From a virus, in the IMG/VR virus record IMGVR_UViG_3300033075_000810: 50,781 nucleotides of DNA, one strand, 5' to 3'. The position numbers were made by a program, and so were the translations under genes. Under the pieces are notes generated by a model. The model was given only the letters and a program-made list of their open reading frames with translations, was not told where the DNA came from and did no database searches. Position 1 is the first letter of the stretch. Each line of letters begins with the position of its first letter. Positions 16,788-26,204 of this stretch are shown in pieces.

Positions 16788-17052
16788 CCCGGTTAGGGTG
16801 TCCAGCTTCGGCTCAGGCTTACCCTGAGCCGCGAGGCTCAAGGTGTTATGGAATATCGACGGCGGGCTTATTGGCTCGCTCGGTACGCACGATGGTACGA
16901 CGCGGCTGTTCAGCCGTTTTCGTCGTATGCCATGCTTGAGTACCGATGAACGTCATGATTCGGAACACCTTTCCTGTCTTGAAGCAGGGGGCCTTACGGT
17001 CCCCCGCCACCTGTCGTCGCTTCCCGCACGCTGCGGGTCGCTTCTGGTGAGT

Positions 17053-17123
17053 CTCGGGGGCAGGATTTGCACCTGCGATCTCAAGGTTATGAGCCTTGCG
17101 AGTTACTACTTCTCCACCCCGAA
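17053..17123 (-). tRNA. tRNA-Met/Ile2(CAT) type, atypical (3-bp D-stem, T-loop TGCAAAT)
   Basis: Perfect anticodon stem CAAGG/CCUUG. Loop CUCAUAA. U1:G72. Confidence 0.55.
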
Positions 17124-17124
17124 G

Positions 17125-17196
17125 TGCGGGAGGCTGGATTTGCACCAGCGATCTTCAGGTTATGAGCCTGACGAGTTACTACTTCTCTACTCCCGT
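17125..17196 (-). tRNA. tRNA-Met/Ile2(CAT) type, atypical (tandem paralog)
   Basis: Anticodon arm UCAGG-CUCAUAA-CCUGA. A1:C72 mismatch. T-loop TGCAAAT. 1 nt from the previous gene. Confidence 0.5.
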
Positions 17197-17313
17197 CCAT
17201 CTGAGGGCTGCCGTCACCGGAGTGACGACTGCCTTACACTATCATAGACGCTGCGTTTTCGTTTTTGTGACGGCTATTCCGATTTTTTCTCGGATTTCTC
17301 CAGCGGTCACAGG

Positions 17314-17490
17314 CTCAGATGTATCTGGGGCCATGCTTCTCCTCCCACTCGCGTTCCTTCTGGTCGGCCTTCTCTCCTTCGACAGCCCTCTCCCAGAGAA
17401 GGTTCAGGAGAATCTCGACCGCGTCTCTGCTGAAGGTCTGTTTGTCCTTCGGCATGTGCTTCTTCATGAACTGTTCAAGTCGGTAGTCCA
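17314..17490 (-). CDS. small hypothetical protein (58 aa)
   Basis: Unlisted ORF MDYRLEQFMKKHMPKDKQ... found by reading the minus strand. Confidence 0.3.
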
Positions 17491-17499
17491 TACCAGACT

Positions 17500-17847
17500 C
17501 TAAGCACCACGACGCCGGCTGTCAACCCTTTCCTTCTTCCTCGGCCTCCCCTGGGACTTCACCACGCGGACGACCGCCCGCTTCTCGTACCGGCGTTCCC
17601 GTTCGATCCACTTCTGCTCCATGCACCCGTAGGTGGGCGAGCAGGGGTTGGTCGTCTCATGGTTCCCCGACGCCACGCGGTGGGCCAGGTTGTTACGGAT
17701 GTAGACACGGCCCGCCGCTTTCGGGTTCGCGGTGCGAATCCGCATTTCGTCGTAATGGAACCCGTCGAGGGGTTGGTCCGACACGGTCACGACCGGGTCC
17801 ATGTTCTCCCACGTCAGGTAGACATACCACAGTGTCGTGCGTGCCAT
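17500..17847 (-). CDS. hypothetical protein
   Basis: ORF 17500..17892 trimmed to MARTTLWYVYLTW. Confidence 0.45.
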   Translation of the reverse strand: MARTTLWYVYLTWENMDPVVTVSDQPLDGFHYDEMRIRTANPKAAGRVYIRNNLAHRVASGNHETTNPCSPTYGCMEQKWIERERRYEKRAVVRVVKSQGRPRKKERVDSRRRGA

Positions 17848-18053
17848 GACTATCTCCTTGCTCAGTAGTTGACGTGCATCTGCTCGCCGCACGTCTCGCA
17901 GATAACTAGACCCCCACCCTGGAAGTCGTAGTGGTTGACTTCGTGGCCCTTCTCTTCGTGTTCCTTGCGGAACTTATCGACGTAGGGCCACCTGCTTGCG
18001 GATCGTCTCCGCGAACAGTTCCATCTCGTAGACCTCGGCATTGCTCATGTGGT

Positions 18054-18404
18054 TCACTCCCCGGTGAACTTGTACCGCCAGGGGCGGCTGTCTTTCGGGT
18101 GATTGTACATCTTGATCTTCACACCTGGGGCGAGGTTCTTGCGGGCCTTGCCCTCGCCGCCGTAGGCAATCTCGTCACGCCCGAGGACCATCTCCTCGCC
18201 GGTGTCGAGACGCCGGACCTTGAGGCGGAAGCCGTCCGAATACCACCGCCGCTTACCGTTCCGCCGGCTGAGGATGGCGAACTCCTCGGGGGTGACCGGC
18301 TTGAGTTCCTGGGCGATGCGGAGGATGCCGGACTTGTAGGCGAGGATCTCGTAGCTGATCACCTCCGCATAGACTTTCGGGTAGCTCGCCTTCTGCTTCG
18401 CCAT
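18054..18404 (-). CDS. hypothetical protein
   Basis: 116-aa ORF. Confidence 0.5.
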   Translation of the reverse strand: MAKQKASYPKVYAEVISYEILAYKSGILRIAQELKPVTPEEFAILSRRNGKRRWYSDGFRLKVRRLDTGEEMVLGRDEIAYGGEGKARKNLAPGVKIKMYNHPKDSRPWRYKFTGE

Positions 18405-18405
18405 G

Positions 18406-18651
18406 TCAGATCCCCTTCAACTTCTCTTTCGCGTCATCCAGGGCACCCTGGAGGTTCGGGAACGGCCCCCTCAGGTTCTTCCGGCGGGCGTTGCCCCGAT
18501 CCAAGGTCCAGTGGAACCCATCCTTCTTCTCCCAGACAAACACCGTCACCGACGTGTTCGTGGGGACGCCGTCGATGTGGCCGGTGGCAGGCCCCATCTC
18601 GGGGATGAACTGACCAAAGACGTGCCTCTGGACCATCTTCATCAGTAGCAC
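18406..18651 (-). CDS. hypothetical protein
   Basis: 81-aa ORF. Confidence 0.45.
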   Translation of the reverse strand: MLLMKMVQRHVFGQFIPEMGPATGHIDGVPTNTSVTVFVWEKKDGFHWTLDRGNARRKNLRGPFPNLQGALDDAKEKLKGI

Positions 18652-18848
18652 CCCTCCCGCTCAAGCTCACGCCGCCACTCATGGTCGGCATGGCGGGTGT
18701 CCGCCTTTTCCTCCTGCCAGCACTCCCAGCAGAGGTGGTCGGGCGAGTAGTCCACCGAACAGACCGGGCTGCCGCACTCGCACAGCGGGAAGCCCCGGTG
18801 GTCGAGCGGTCGGCCCAGGTGGTCACGCTTGCGGTCGTCAGGCATCAA
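18642..18848 (-). CDS. small Cys-rich protein
   Basis: CECGSPVCS...CWECW. Confidence 0.4.
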   Translation of the reverse strand: MMPDDRKRDHLGRPLDHRGFPLCECGSPVCSVDYSPDHLCWECWQEEKADTRHADHEWRRELEREGCY

Positions 18849-18928
18849 TCACCTCGTCGTTGGATCGGGCGAACCCAGGAATGTCATCTTAGGGGAATGT
18901 GCTTAGGGCGTCAAGGCCAATCCTAAGA

Positions 18929-19318
18929 TCAGCCTGGGAATCCCCGCTTCAGCTTGAAGCCCTTCTCCTTCGCGGCCCGCTTGAAAGCGGTGTAGAAGGT
19001 GGCGGCGTACTGGTCGTCGGAGCCGTTGCAGGGCCAGTGCCAGTACTCCATCGGGCGGAAGATCATGCTGTCCTGCACCGCCGGCGGGCCGGGGAGGACC
19101 ACCTCGATCACCGCCATGATCAGGTAGTCGCGGGTGTAGGTGTCGAGCAGGGCGGCCTCGCGGACGCCCCGTAGCTCGTCCCTGAGGGTGTCGTCCGCCG
19201 CGATCACCTGGCGGGCCTGGTCCTCGTTGAGCAGCACCCCGAAGTAACGATTCGCGGTGTTGATCACCGAGTCGAGGCGAGCCTGGGTGACGCGGAGGGC
19301 TTTCGCCTTGGTAGTCAT
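18929..19318 (-). CDS. hypothetical protein
   Basis: 129-aa ORF. Confidence 0.5.
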   Translation of the reverse strand: MTTKAKALRVTQARLDSVINTANRYFGVLLNEDQARQVIAADDTLRDELRGVREAALLDTYTRDYLIMAVIEVVLPGPPAVQDSMIFRPMEYWHWPCNGSDDQYAATFYTAFKRAAKEKGFKLKRGFPG

Positions 19319-19328
19319 GTCATCCTCC

Positions 19329-19769
19329 TCAGGACGTGAACGTGCCGGCGTTGAACGCCTTCTGGACCATCGTCATGAAGCCACGGTAGGTGACATCACG
19401 CTTGCATGCCTTGCGGATGAAGTCGATCACGTCCTGCCGGATCGAGGTTTCGCCCTCACCGAAGTCGAGGTCGATGTCGAGGTCGTCGGGGGAAGCCGCA
19501 CCCACCCGGAACCACTTCTTCCCCTGGAAGTTGTGGATCGGGGTGACGAAGACGAGGCCCTGGGGCATGCCGTAGTTGAACTCGCCCTCGGCCAGGCCGA
19601 CCGGGAAGTACAGCGTGCTGTCCGGCGTCGGCTGGGGTGGCCGACGACGCTCACGCCGGGACTTCTTCCTGGGCGGCGGGCCTTCCTCGCGGAAGCACTC
19701 CCCAATCATCGCCACCCGCTCCTGTTCGGGGAGCCGGTAGAAGTCGAAGTGTGACTTGAGGGTCTTCAT
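19329..19769 (-). CDS. hypothetical protein
   Basis: 146-aa ORF. ATGA overlap with the upstream gene. Confidence 0.5.
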   Translation of the reverse strand: MKTLKSHFDFYRLPEQERVAMIGECFREEGPPPRKKSRRERRRPPQPTPDSTLYFPVGLAEGEFNYGMPQGLVFVTPIHNFQGKKWFRVGAASPDDLDIDLDFGEGETSIRQDVIDFIRKACKRDVTYRGFMTMVQKAFNAGTFTS

Positions 19770-19954
19770 GCTTGCCCCTGCGGGAACCGCTTTGCCTTCG
19801 ACCGGGGGCGGGTGATCTTCACCGTGAGGGTGAAGACGCCCTGGCTGTCCCCCGACTGCTTGACCACAGGCTTGCCGGCCTGGAGTGCCTTGAACTCTTC
19901 GGCGGTGAAGCTGATGGTGCCCTCGCCGGTGTTGCCGTTCTTGCCCAACGTCAT
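19766..19954 (-). CDS. small hypothetical protein (62 aa)
   Basis: In-frame tail of the spurious ORF 19766..20644, with its own GGAGG SD and ATG 19954 (MTLGKNGNTGEG...). Confidence 0.4.
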   Translation of the reverse strand: MTLGKNGNTGEGTISFTAEEFKALQAGKPVVKQSGDSQGVFTLTVKITRPRSKAKRFPQGQA

Positions 19955-20163
19955 CACTCGTCCTCCCCGATACTGTTCGTGTAGACCTTCAGGATGGTGT
20001 AGTTCGTCTCGGGCCGGGTAGGGGCCGGGAGCGGGGGCATGTTGTCCCTGACCCACTGCTCGGCTTCCGCCTCGGTCTTGGCGATGAACTCCAGATTGAA
20101 GCGGCGTCGGTCGCTGTCGTCGTCCACGAAGTGGATGGACATGATGTGGTACTCGATCTTCAT
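19954..20163 (-). CDS. small hypothetical protein
   Basis: 69-aa ORF. TGATG overlap with the downstream gene. Confidence 0.4.
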   Translation of the reverse strand: MKIEYHIMSIHFVDDDSDRRRFNLEFIAKTEAEAEQWVRDNMPPLPAPTRPETNYTILKVYTNSIGEDE

Positions 20164-20166
20164 CGC

Positions 20167-20883
20167 TCAGACCCTCACCTGGGAGATGCGGTAACCCTCG
20201 ATCTCGTAGACCTCGCCGGCCACCTCGACCTTGACCTTGCCGCTGCGGCGACCGTCCGACTCGACCACCTTGCCGGGAACGTAGAAGTTGCCGCTGGTCG
20301 TCTCGCGGCGACCCGTCACCTCGCTGTCGTAGCTGAAGTGCCGCTTGCCGAACTCGATCCGAGCCTCGACGCCGGGGACGACCCGCTTGCCGTAGTTGCG
20401 GCTGTCGATGCTGACGCCCCAGTTCCGCTCGTAGCCCGAGTGGCCCTCGGCGGACTCGATCACCTTCTGAACGCCCTGGGGCAGGGAGCCGAGTGCCTTC
20501 CGCCGGCCCTCCGCGTACTTGCGGGACTGGACCTCCGTCGCGGCCTTGAACGCCTCGACGTGGACCCGCTGCTCGGCGGCGTAATTGAGAGCCTCGGGGT
20601 AGCGGTCGGTCTTGACGACCGTCTCGCCGTCCAGGGCGAGCCACCCCTTGTGGATCATCTCAGCCAGGGCAACGGCATAGAACAACTTCTGATACCAGTC
20701 GGGCCGGTAGGCACCCTCCACGATCTGGTCCACGGTCAGCGGCAGGGGGTTGCCCGCCTCAAACCACTCGACCGTGACCATCGCCACGTTCGTGACCGAG
20801 TAGTTCCGCTGGCCCAGGCTGGCGGTTCGGGGGAACTTGGCGAAGCGGGCAGCCTCATCACGCACGACGTTAACGTAGCTCAT
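20167..20883 (-). CDS. hypothetical protein
   Basis: Arg-rich N-terminal 190 aa of the listed ORF is out-of-frame read-through. Start set at MSYVNVVRDE with a GAGGTG SD. Confidence 0.5.
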   Translation of the reverse strand: MSYVNVVRDEAARFAKFPRTASLGQRNYSVTNVAMVTVEWFEAGNPLPLTVDQIVEGAYRPDWYQKLFYAVALAEMIHKGWLALDGETVVKTDRYPEALNYAAEQRVHVEAFKAATEVQSRKYAEGRRKALGSLPQGVQKVIESAEGHSGYERNWGVSIDSRNYGKRVVPGVEARIEFGKRHFSYDSEVTGRRETTSGNFYVPGKVVESDGRRSGKVKVEVAGEVYEIEGYRISQVRV

Positions 20884-20987
20884 CAGGGACACCTCAGGAA
20901 GCAGGCCGAGGAGGGCGGAACCCCCGCCCTCCTCTATCATCTTAGGGACTTTCCCTAAGGTGTCAAGGCCAACCCTAAGATTTTTCC

Positions 20988-21935
20988 TTAGGCAGCGTCC
21001 TGAGTCTCCGCGAACGCCTCGCCCGGCATGATGCTGCGGAGGAAGGCCATCATGTCCTCGTCCTTGACCTTGCCCTGGATGAACCAGAGCATCCGCTCGC
21101 ACCAGAGCCGCAGATCCTTGGACTCCTCGGGGCCGGACAGGCTGGTGAGGAACTCCTTGATCTCCTTGATGGTGCGAGGCTCGGCCCCGCCGGCCTCGAT
21201 CTTCTTGACGCGGGTCTTCTTCCGCACCGTCTCGGTGGTGACCTCGCCACCTTCCTGCTTGATCGACTCGATCACTTCCTTCTGCTCGCCGCTGGGCAGG
21301 GCGGTGAGGTCCAGGGCGGCGTCCACCGCCAGTTCCTTGCGGTGGATCTTCATCTGGATGTCGAACGGCAGGCCGGGGATCTTCTCCAGCTTCTCGACCT
21401 GCTTGACCGACATCTTGTAGAAAGCGGCGATCCGCTCGTTGTCCCACCCATGCTCCTCGCGGAAGGTCCGCTGGTTGTGGGCGTCATCCACCGGGCTGGT
21501 CCAGCTACGGACGCGGTTCTCGACCACGTTCCGACGCAGAGCCTCCTCGTCGTTGCAGGTGACGACCTTGGCCCGCAGCTTCATCGGGGCCTCGGGGTGC
21601 AGCTTGTTGAACAGGCGTGCCCCGAGCAGCCGGCGGTAGCCCAGGACCAGTTCGACCTTGTTGCCGGCGACACGCCGAACCTCGACGGCCTGGAGTTGTC
21701 GCTTCTCGTCGCGGAACGACTCGTACATCTCCTCGACGGAGTCCGGCCCCGTCTCGGGGTGCGGCTGCCAGCGACCGTTCTTGCCCAGGATGATGTCTTC
21801 CGGGGCGATCAGGAACTCGTTCTGCCGGGTGAAGTCCACGTCGAGGTTGATGTGGTCCTTCTTCACCGGGGTCTGCGGGGCCTCAGCCGCCTCGTCGGGG
21901 GCGTCGGCCTTCTTGCGGGGGGTCTTGGTCGCCAT
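20988..21935 (-). CDS. ParB-like nuclease/partition domain protein
   Basis: GYRRLLGARLFN ParB-box-like motif. AGGAGA SD. Confidence 0.5.
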   Translation of the reverse strand: MATKTPRKKADAPDEAAEAPQTPVKKDHINLDVDFTRQNEFLIAPEDIILGKNGRWQPHPETGPDSVEEMYESFRDEKRQLQAVEVRRVAGNKVELVLGYRRLLGARLFNKLHPEAPMKLRAKVVTCNDEEALRRNVVENRVRSWTSPVDDAHNQRTFREEHGWDNERIAAFYKMSVKQVEKLEKIPGLPFDIQMKIHRKELAVDAALDLTALPSGEQKEVIESIKQEGGEVTTETVRKKTRVKKIEAGGAEPRTIKEIKEFLTSLSGPEESKDLRLWCERMLWFIQGKVKDEDMMAFLRSIMPGEAFAETQDAA

Positions 21936-21977
21936 CTCGATATCTCCTGGGACGTGAGGGTACGGGGACAGACTAGC

Positions 21978-22607
21978 CTAGGTCTGCTTCTTGACAAGCC
22001 GGAAACCTAAGCCGTCATTCTGTTTCTCAAGGATGTTCCTGAAGCGACGGAGACGACCGCCCAGCCAGGCCACCGAGTCCTCCAGCGTTTCCGCCCAGGC
22101 AACGTCGTTGCTCCAGAAGAACTCGTCGGCCAGGATAGCGAACGGGTACATCTCGACCAGGCAGCGGTGCCAGTGGTTGCAGATCGGCCCACCTGGGTCG
22201 CCGGCGACCGGCGAGTACCAGTACCAGCCCAGGCTGCCGTGGGCCGGCTTGTCGCCCCAGGGCTGCCTATAGGGCACCCTAGCCGCAGCCGCGTGCCAGA
22301 CCGGGGTGGACACCATCAGGGGCGTCAGGCCGCTCTGGTGCATCCAGCGGAGGCCCAGGGCTGTGTCGGGTTTCTGGCCCCGCTCGTCCAGCCAGTCGGC
22401 CAGCACGGAAGCGACGGCCAGATCCGGCTTGGTGTCAGGCAGGATGGTTCGCAGGTGGACGACGGTGTTCAGGGACGCCCACATCGCCTTGTCTTCTGGC
22501 ATCTTCGCGGCCTCGATCTCGGCTGGGCATGCCCCGCAGTCGGGGCATGAGTTGGCCGGCCTCTTCTTGATCTTCCTCTTGCAGCGGGGGCACACAGGGA
22601 AGGTCAT
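21978..22607 (-). CDS. hypothetical protein with N-terminal Zn ribbon
   Basis: Trimmed to MTFPVCPRCKRK...CPDCGACP. ATGA overlap with the upstream gene. Confidence 0.5.
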   Translation of the reverse strand: MTFPVCPRCKRKIKKRPANSCPDCGACPAEIEAAKMPEDKAMWASLNTVVHLRTILPDTKPDLAVASVLADWLDERGQKPDTALGLRWMHQSGLTPLMVSTPVWHAAAARVPYRQPWGDKPAHGSLGWYWYSPVAGDPGGPICNHWHRCLVEMYPFAILADEFFWSNDVAWAETLEDSVAWLGGRLRRFRNILEKQNDGLGFRLVKKQT

Positions 22608-23686
22608 GCTGCCAACGCCTCCTTCCTGGCGAGCCTGACAAGGGCCAGGCCGTGGAAGTTCTTCGTCTCGCCGGCCCGCTCGTAGCCCATAAGCGGCTGG
22701 TCGTACCAGCGGCTGACCCGCTCCTGCTCGGAGGCGGGGAACTGCGTGTCCCTGGTGGCCTTGTCGTAGTTGCACCAGATCCGCCTGGCAAGGCTGGCTC
22801 CCTCGGTCAGCCACAGGTCACGCCCTGGGAAGGTGGCCGCGAAACGGCCCAGGACGTGGTCGAAGAGGCCGGCTGGCAGCTTGTAGAGCCAGCGGTTGCC
22901 CTTCTTGGCCTTGAGTTGGATCTGCTGCACCAGCACGTCGCAGGTCATGCAGAACGGGATCAGTTTTTTGCTGCCCCGACCCTCCTGAGTCCATTTCTTG
23001 CCAGGGCACTCGCAGACGAACACCATGTCGTCGCTGTAGCTGACGTTCTCAAAGATCGCCATGTGCCCCTGGGGGCAGCGGTAGTTCCAGGGGTGCATGT
23101 CCCAGATGCGGTCGTAGTCTGCCACGTCGCTGGGGCCGACCAGTCCGCCGACGTAGCCGCCGCTGTCGCCGGTCATGTAGCCGTGGCCGGGGTCGCCGCC
23201 GGGCACGCCGGTGATAACGACCTTGTCACCGGCCTTGACCAGAACCCCGCCGTCCGGGTCGCCGGGCATCTCCAGCAGGAAGTCGCGGACTGCGACCGTC
23301 TCGACCGGCTCCTTGAGGGTGAGCCAGCCATGCTCGTCCACGCCCTCGGGGCGGGACACCGGCACCGGGTCCGGCTCGTAGTCATGGTAGACGTAGGGGA
23401 AGTCCAGGCGGCGGTCGAGGAGCCGCTTGGACTGGTAGTCCATGCCGGCCAGCCACACCTCGTACTCGACCTTCAGCTTGGCCTCGTCCGCCAGGGCGTC
23501 TCCCAGTTCCTTCCGCATCAGGGCGGCGGTGGCACCGGCCAGCCCACCGTCCTGCTCGTCCTGAAGGATCTCGCCGGGGGACTGGTACTCGTAACCGCTG
23601 CCGGGGGCCAGGCGGGCACCGCACATCTCGGAGTGCCGCTGGGCCAGCAGCATCGCGTGGTACTTCTCCAGCTTCGTCAGACGCAT
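22604..23686 (-). CDS. hypothetical protein
   Basis: 360-aa ORF. Confidence 0.5.
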   Translation of the reverse strand: MRLTKLEKYHAMLLAQRHSEMCGARLAPGSGYEYQSPGEILQDEQDGGLAGATAALMRKELGDALADEAKLKVEYEVWLAGMDYQSKRLLDRRLDFPYVYHDYEPDPVPVSRPEGVDEHGWLTLKEPVETVAVRDFLLEMPGDPDGGVLVKAGDKVVITGVPGGDPGHGYMTGDSGGYVGGLVGPSDVADYDRIWDMHPWNYRCPQGHMAIFENVSYSDDMVFVCECPGKKWTQEGRGSKKLIPFCMTCDVLVQQIQLKAKKGNRWLYKLPAGLFDHVLGRFAATFPGRDLWLTEGASLARRIWCNYDKATRDTQFPASEQERVSRWYDQPLMGYERAGETKNFHGLALVRLARKEALAA

Positions 23687-24011
23687 CGCGTATCCTCCTC
23701 AGGGCACTATCATCTTAGGGAAGCACCTTAGGGATGTCAAGCCATTTTCTTAGGGTCGATGACGTGGCAGGCCGGGGTGTCGTCGCCCAAGCCCCAGTGT
23801 CCGAACTCGTCGTCTACGTCGGCTGGGTCGGTGTAGAACTCGTCCCAGGAAGCGTCACGCATGCTACTGTCCTCCAAGGGCAGGTTAGCACGGATACGGG
23901 TTTGTCAAGGGGTAAAAAGAGCGGCGGCAGTCAGGCTGACTGCCGCCGCGTTCGATGGGGGTTCAAGCGGAAATGACCCCACCATCGAGGAAGGGTACAC
24001 TAATGGAGTGG

Positions 24012-24470
24012 TCAGTCGTCGTTTTTCGCGGCGGCAGCCCAGATTTGCTTGCCGTCGAGTTGGTTGCGGTCGCCGTCCTTCTGGCTGTCCCAGGCATTCC
24101 TGATGCCAGCGTCGGTGGGGAAGCCCTGGGGGAATGCCTGGACGAGGTCTGGGACGCGGACGGCACGCCCCAGACGTTCGTGGAGGTGCTTGAGGGTGTA
24201 GGCCCACAGGAGGAGGTGCTGGTGCCTGCCGACGCTCATGTAGGCCGCGAACAGGGCCGAGGGGAGGCTGACCTCGACGCCGGCCCAGGACAGTCTCTGA
24301 CACAGGACCATGCCACGGTTGCCCATCTCCTCGGCCTCGGCGTCGGAGAACGCACGATATTCGTGCATGTCTGCGATCCAGCAGCGGGAGAGGAGGTCGA
24401 GTTCGGTCTTGTTCAGGGGCCGGACGTTGTCGCCGGCCAGGTCAAGGAGGGTCATCATGTTCGGCCTCAT
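24012..24470 (-). CDS. hypothetical protein
   Basis: 152-aa ORF. Confidence 0.45.
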   Translation of the reverse strand: MRPNMMTLLDLAGDNVRPLNKTELDLLSRCWIADMHEYRAFSDAEAEEMGNRGMVLCQRLSWAGVEVSLPSALFAAYMSVGRHQHLLLWAYTLKHLHERLGRAVRVPDLVQAFPQGFPTDAGIRNAWDSQKDGDRNQLDGKQIWAAAAKNDD

Positions 24471-24471
24471 G

Positions 24472-25386
24472 TCACAGTATAAGAGGATTACCCCTCATGA
24501 AGTGCCGGGCCGAAAAGAGCGAAGCCATGCGGTTGGCGACGGAAGCCGCCTGGTAGATCCACTGTTCCTGTGCCTGGTATAACCTCACTTGGGCAGGCTG
24601 GCGGGGGGCTGGAGTACTTTCGTCGGGGTGCTGTCCTGCATCCACTGGTAACATCAACGCAGCGGCTACTGCCGGTGCCAGCCAACGGCCATCCTCCAAT
24701 ACTTGCCTGTCCTTAGCGTAGTGCTGAACAAAAGCCCTAGCGACTGGACGCAACCTCACGTCCAATTCCATGCCAGAGCCTGGCCGCGACAGGGCATCCA
24801 TTACCTTGTCCGCTTGGCCCTCCAACCTGCCCAGGAGGTATGTCAACTGGTCCGCGTAGCCCCTGGCCTCCATGACGTGGCGTGCGTACAGTTCCATGTC
24901 AACCCTCAGAAGGTCTGAGGGTGAAGGCTGAGTCCGGTCGTGGTTGCCGGTGGCCCAGTCGTGTGCGTGTCTCAGTTCGTGGACGATGACGCTGTGGAGG
25001 AGGATCTCCATCTCTCGGTCGAACAGCATCGGGGGGTGCCGGACGAGGATGTCGCCGGTGTTGCGTCCCTCCATAATGAAGGCGAAGCGGGCCGGCCTGG
25101 GCCAGGCCAGGACGCCCATGCCCTCGCCCAGGTGGCCGGTGTCGTCCTTGAGCAGGTTGCCGTCGATGTGTTCCTCGTAGACGGGGTTGTACACCTCACG
25201 CCCGAGGGCCACGATACCCAGAAGCTCCTCCGCGATGTCGGCCAGGGCGTGCCGGCTCGCCCACTCGGCAACCGCCTGCTCGTTGTGGACGGACTCGGCG
25301 GGGGCGTTGGCGATCCATTGGGACGCCACCCCCTGGGAATCCATCTCTCTCAGTGCCAGCCAGTTCTTGAACGACTTCGCCATCAC
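24472..25386 (-). CDS. HExxH metallopeptidase-like protein (N-term KSFKNWLALRE motif)
   Basis: VIVHELRHAHD zinc-binding motif. Confidence 0.5.
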   Translation of the reverse strand: MMAKSFKNWLALREMDSQGVASQWIANAPAESVHNEQAVAEWASRHALADIAEELLGIVALGREVYNPVYEEHIDGNLLKDDTGHLGEGMGVLAWPRPARFAFIMEGRNTGDILVRHPPMLFDREMEILLHSVIVHELRHAHDWATGNHDRTQPSPSDLLRVDMELYARHVMEARGYADQLTYLLGRLEGQADKVMDALSRPGSGMELDVRLRPVARAFVQHYAKDRQVLEDGRWLAPAVAAALMLPVDAGQHPDESTPAPRQPAQVRLYQAQEQWIYQAASVANRMASLFSARHFMRGNPLIL

Positions 25387-25388
25387 CC

Positions 25389-26204
25389 TTAGTTAGAGGG
25401 AGGCTGGAGCTTTTGCAGGGGGGCTGGCCGCTTCACGTCCGCCGATTCCTGGGCCATAAACTCCTGGCCGATGGGCATCTGCATGAAAGCCTCCTGGCTG
25501 AAGCCGGGCTTCGGCACGAAGTCCTTGCCGACCACCTCAAAAAAGTTGTTCAGCGGGGAGTCGGGGGCCAGTCTGCCGACCCGCCAGTGGTCGAAGTCCC
25601 TCAGGATGACCGCCTTCTGGGGCGGGAAGTTGCCGTAGACGTAGTAGAAGGAGGTCTGGCCGACGATCTCCGTGAACAGGATCGCCGCCTCGGGGCAGCG
25701 GCCCGCCGACAGACCTGGGGTGTCGCAGAGGGTCTTGAGGTGCCTGAGGTAGGCACCGTACTCGCCTCGGGCCGAAAAGGGGTGGTTGCCGGCGAGGTGG
25801 GCGATGGCGTCGTGGACGCCCCGGAACATGACGTTCTGGTCGTTGGAGAGGAGTGGGTGCCCCTGCTGTGCCGGCTCGCCCTCAGGGCCTGGCGGCTCCG
25901 CGTAGACGTACATATCGGCCCGGCGGTTGCCGCCGGCCCTCTGGGCGTCCACGCTCTTCCTGAGTTGCTTCAGGCTCTTGTAGTGGTCCCCGGAGTCGGG
26001 GATGAAGTTGTAGTCGTGCCTGAGGAACTGCTGCTGCCTGGCGATCTTCTTCGCCAGGCTCCGGTACAGAGGCTCGGCCTCCGGTTCCGCCGCCGGGGCG
26101 ATCTTGTACGCGGCGGCGACGAGCCTCTGGAAGAGGTTGCCCTTGTAGCTGCCCCTCAGGGCGTGTCCCTCGGAGTAAAACCATTCCTTGAAGTTGAGTC
26201 GCAT
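25389..26204 (-). CDS. hypothetical protein (N-term LNFKEWFYSE motif)
   Basis: 271-aa ORF. Confidence 0.5.
   Translation of the reverse strand: MRLNFKEWFYSEGHALRGSYKGNLFQRLVAAAYKIAPAAEPEAEPLYRSLAKKIARQQQFLRHDYNFIPDSGDHYKSLKQLRKSVDAQRAGGNRRADMYVYAEPPGPEGEPAQQGHPLLSNDQNVMFRGVHDAIAHLAGNHPFSARGEYGAYLRHLKTLCDTPGLSAGRCPEAAILFTEIVGQTSFYYVYGNFPPQKAVILRDFDHWRVGRLAPDSPLNNFFEVVGKDFVPKPGFSQEAFMQMPIGQEFMAQESADVKRPAPLQKLQPPSN

Noticed and set aside
17931-18608. 225-aa plus-strand ORF
   Set aside because: Arg/Pro/Gly-rich, antisense to three compact minus-strand genes.
19766-21447. Long Arg/Gly/Pro-rich ORFs 19766..20644 and the first 190 aa of 20167..21447
   Set aside because: Wrong-frame read-through of GC-rich coding DNA. 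Real genes sit in other frames or begin at internal ATGs with SDs.
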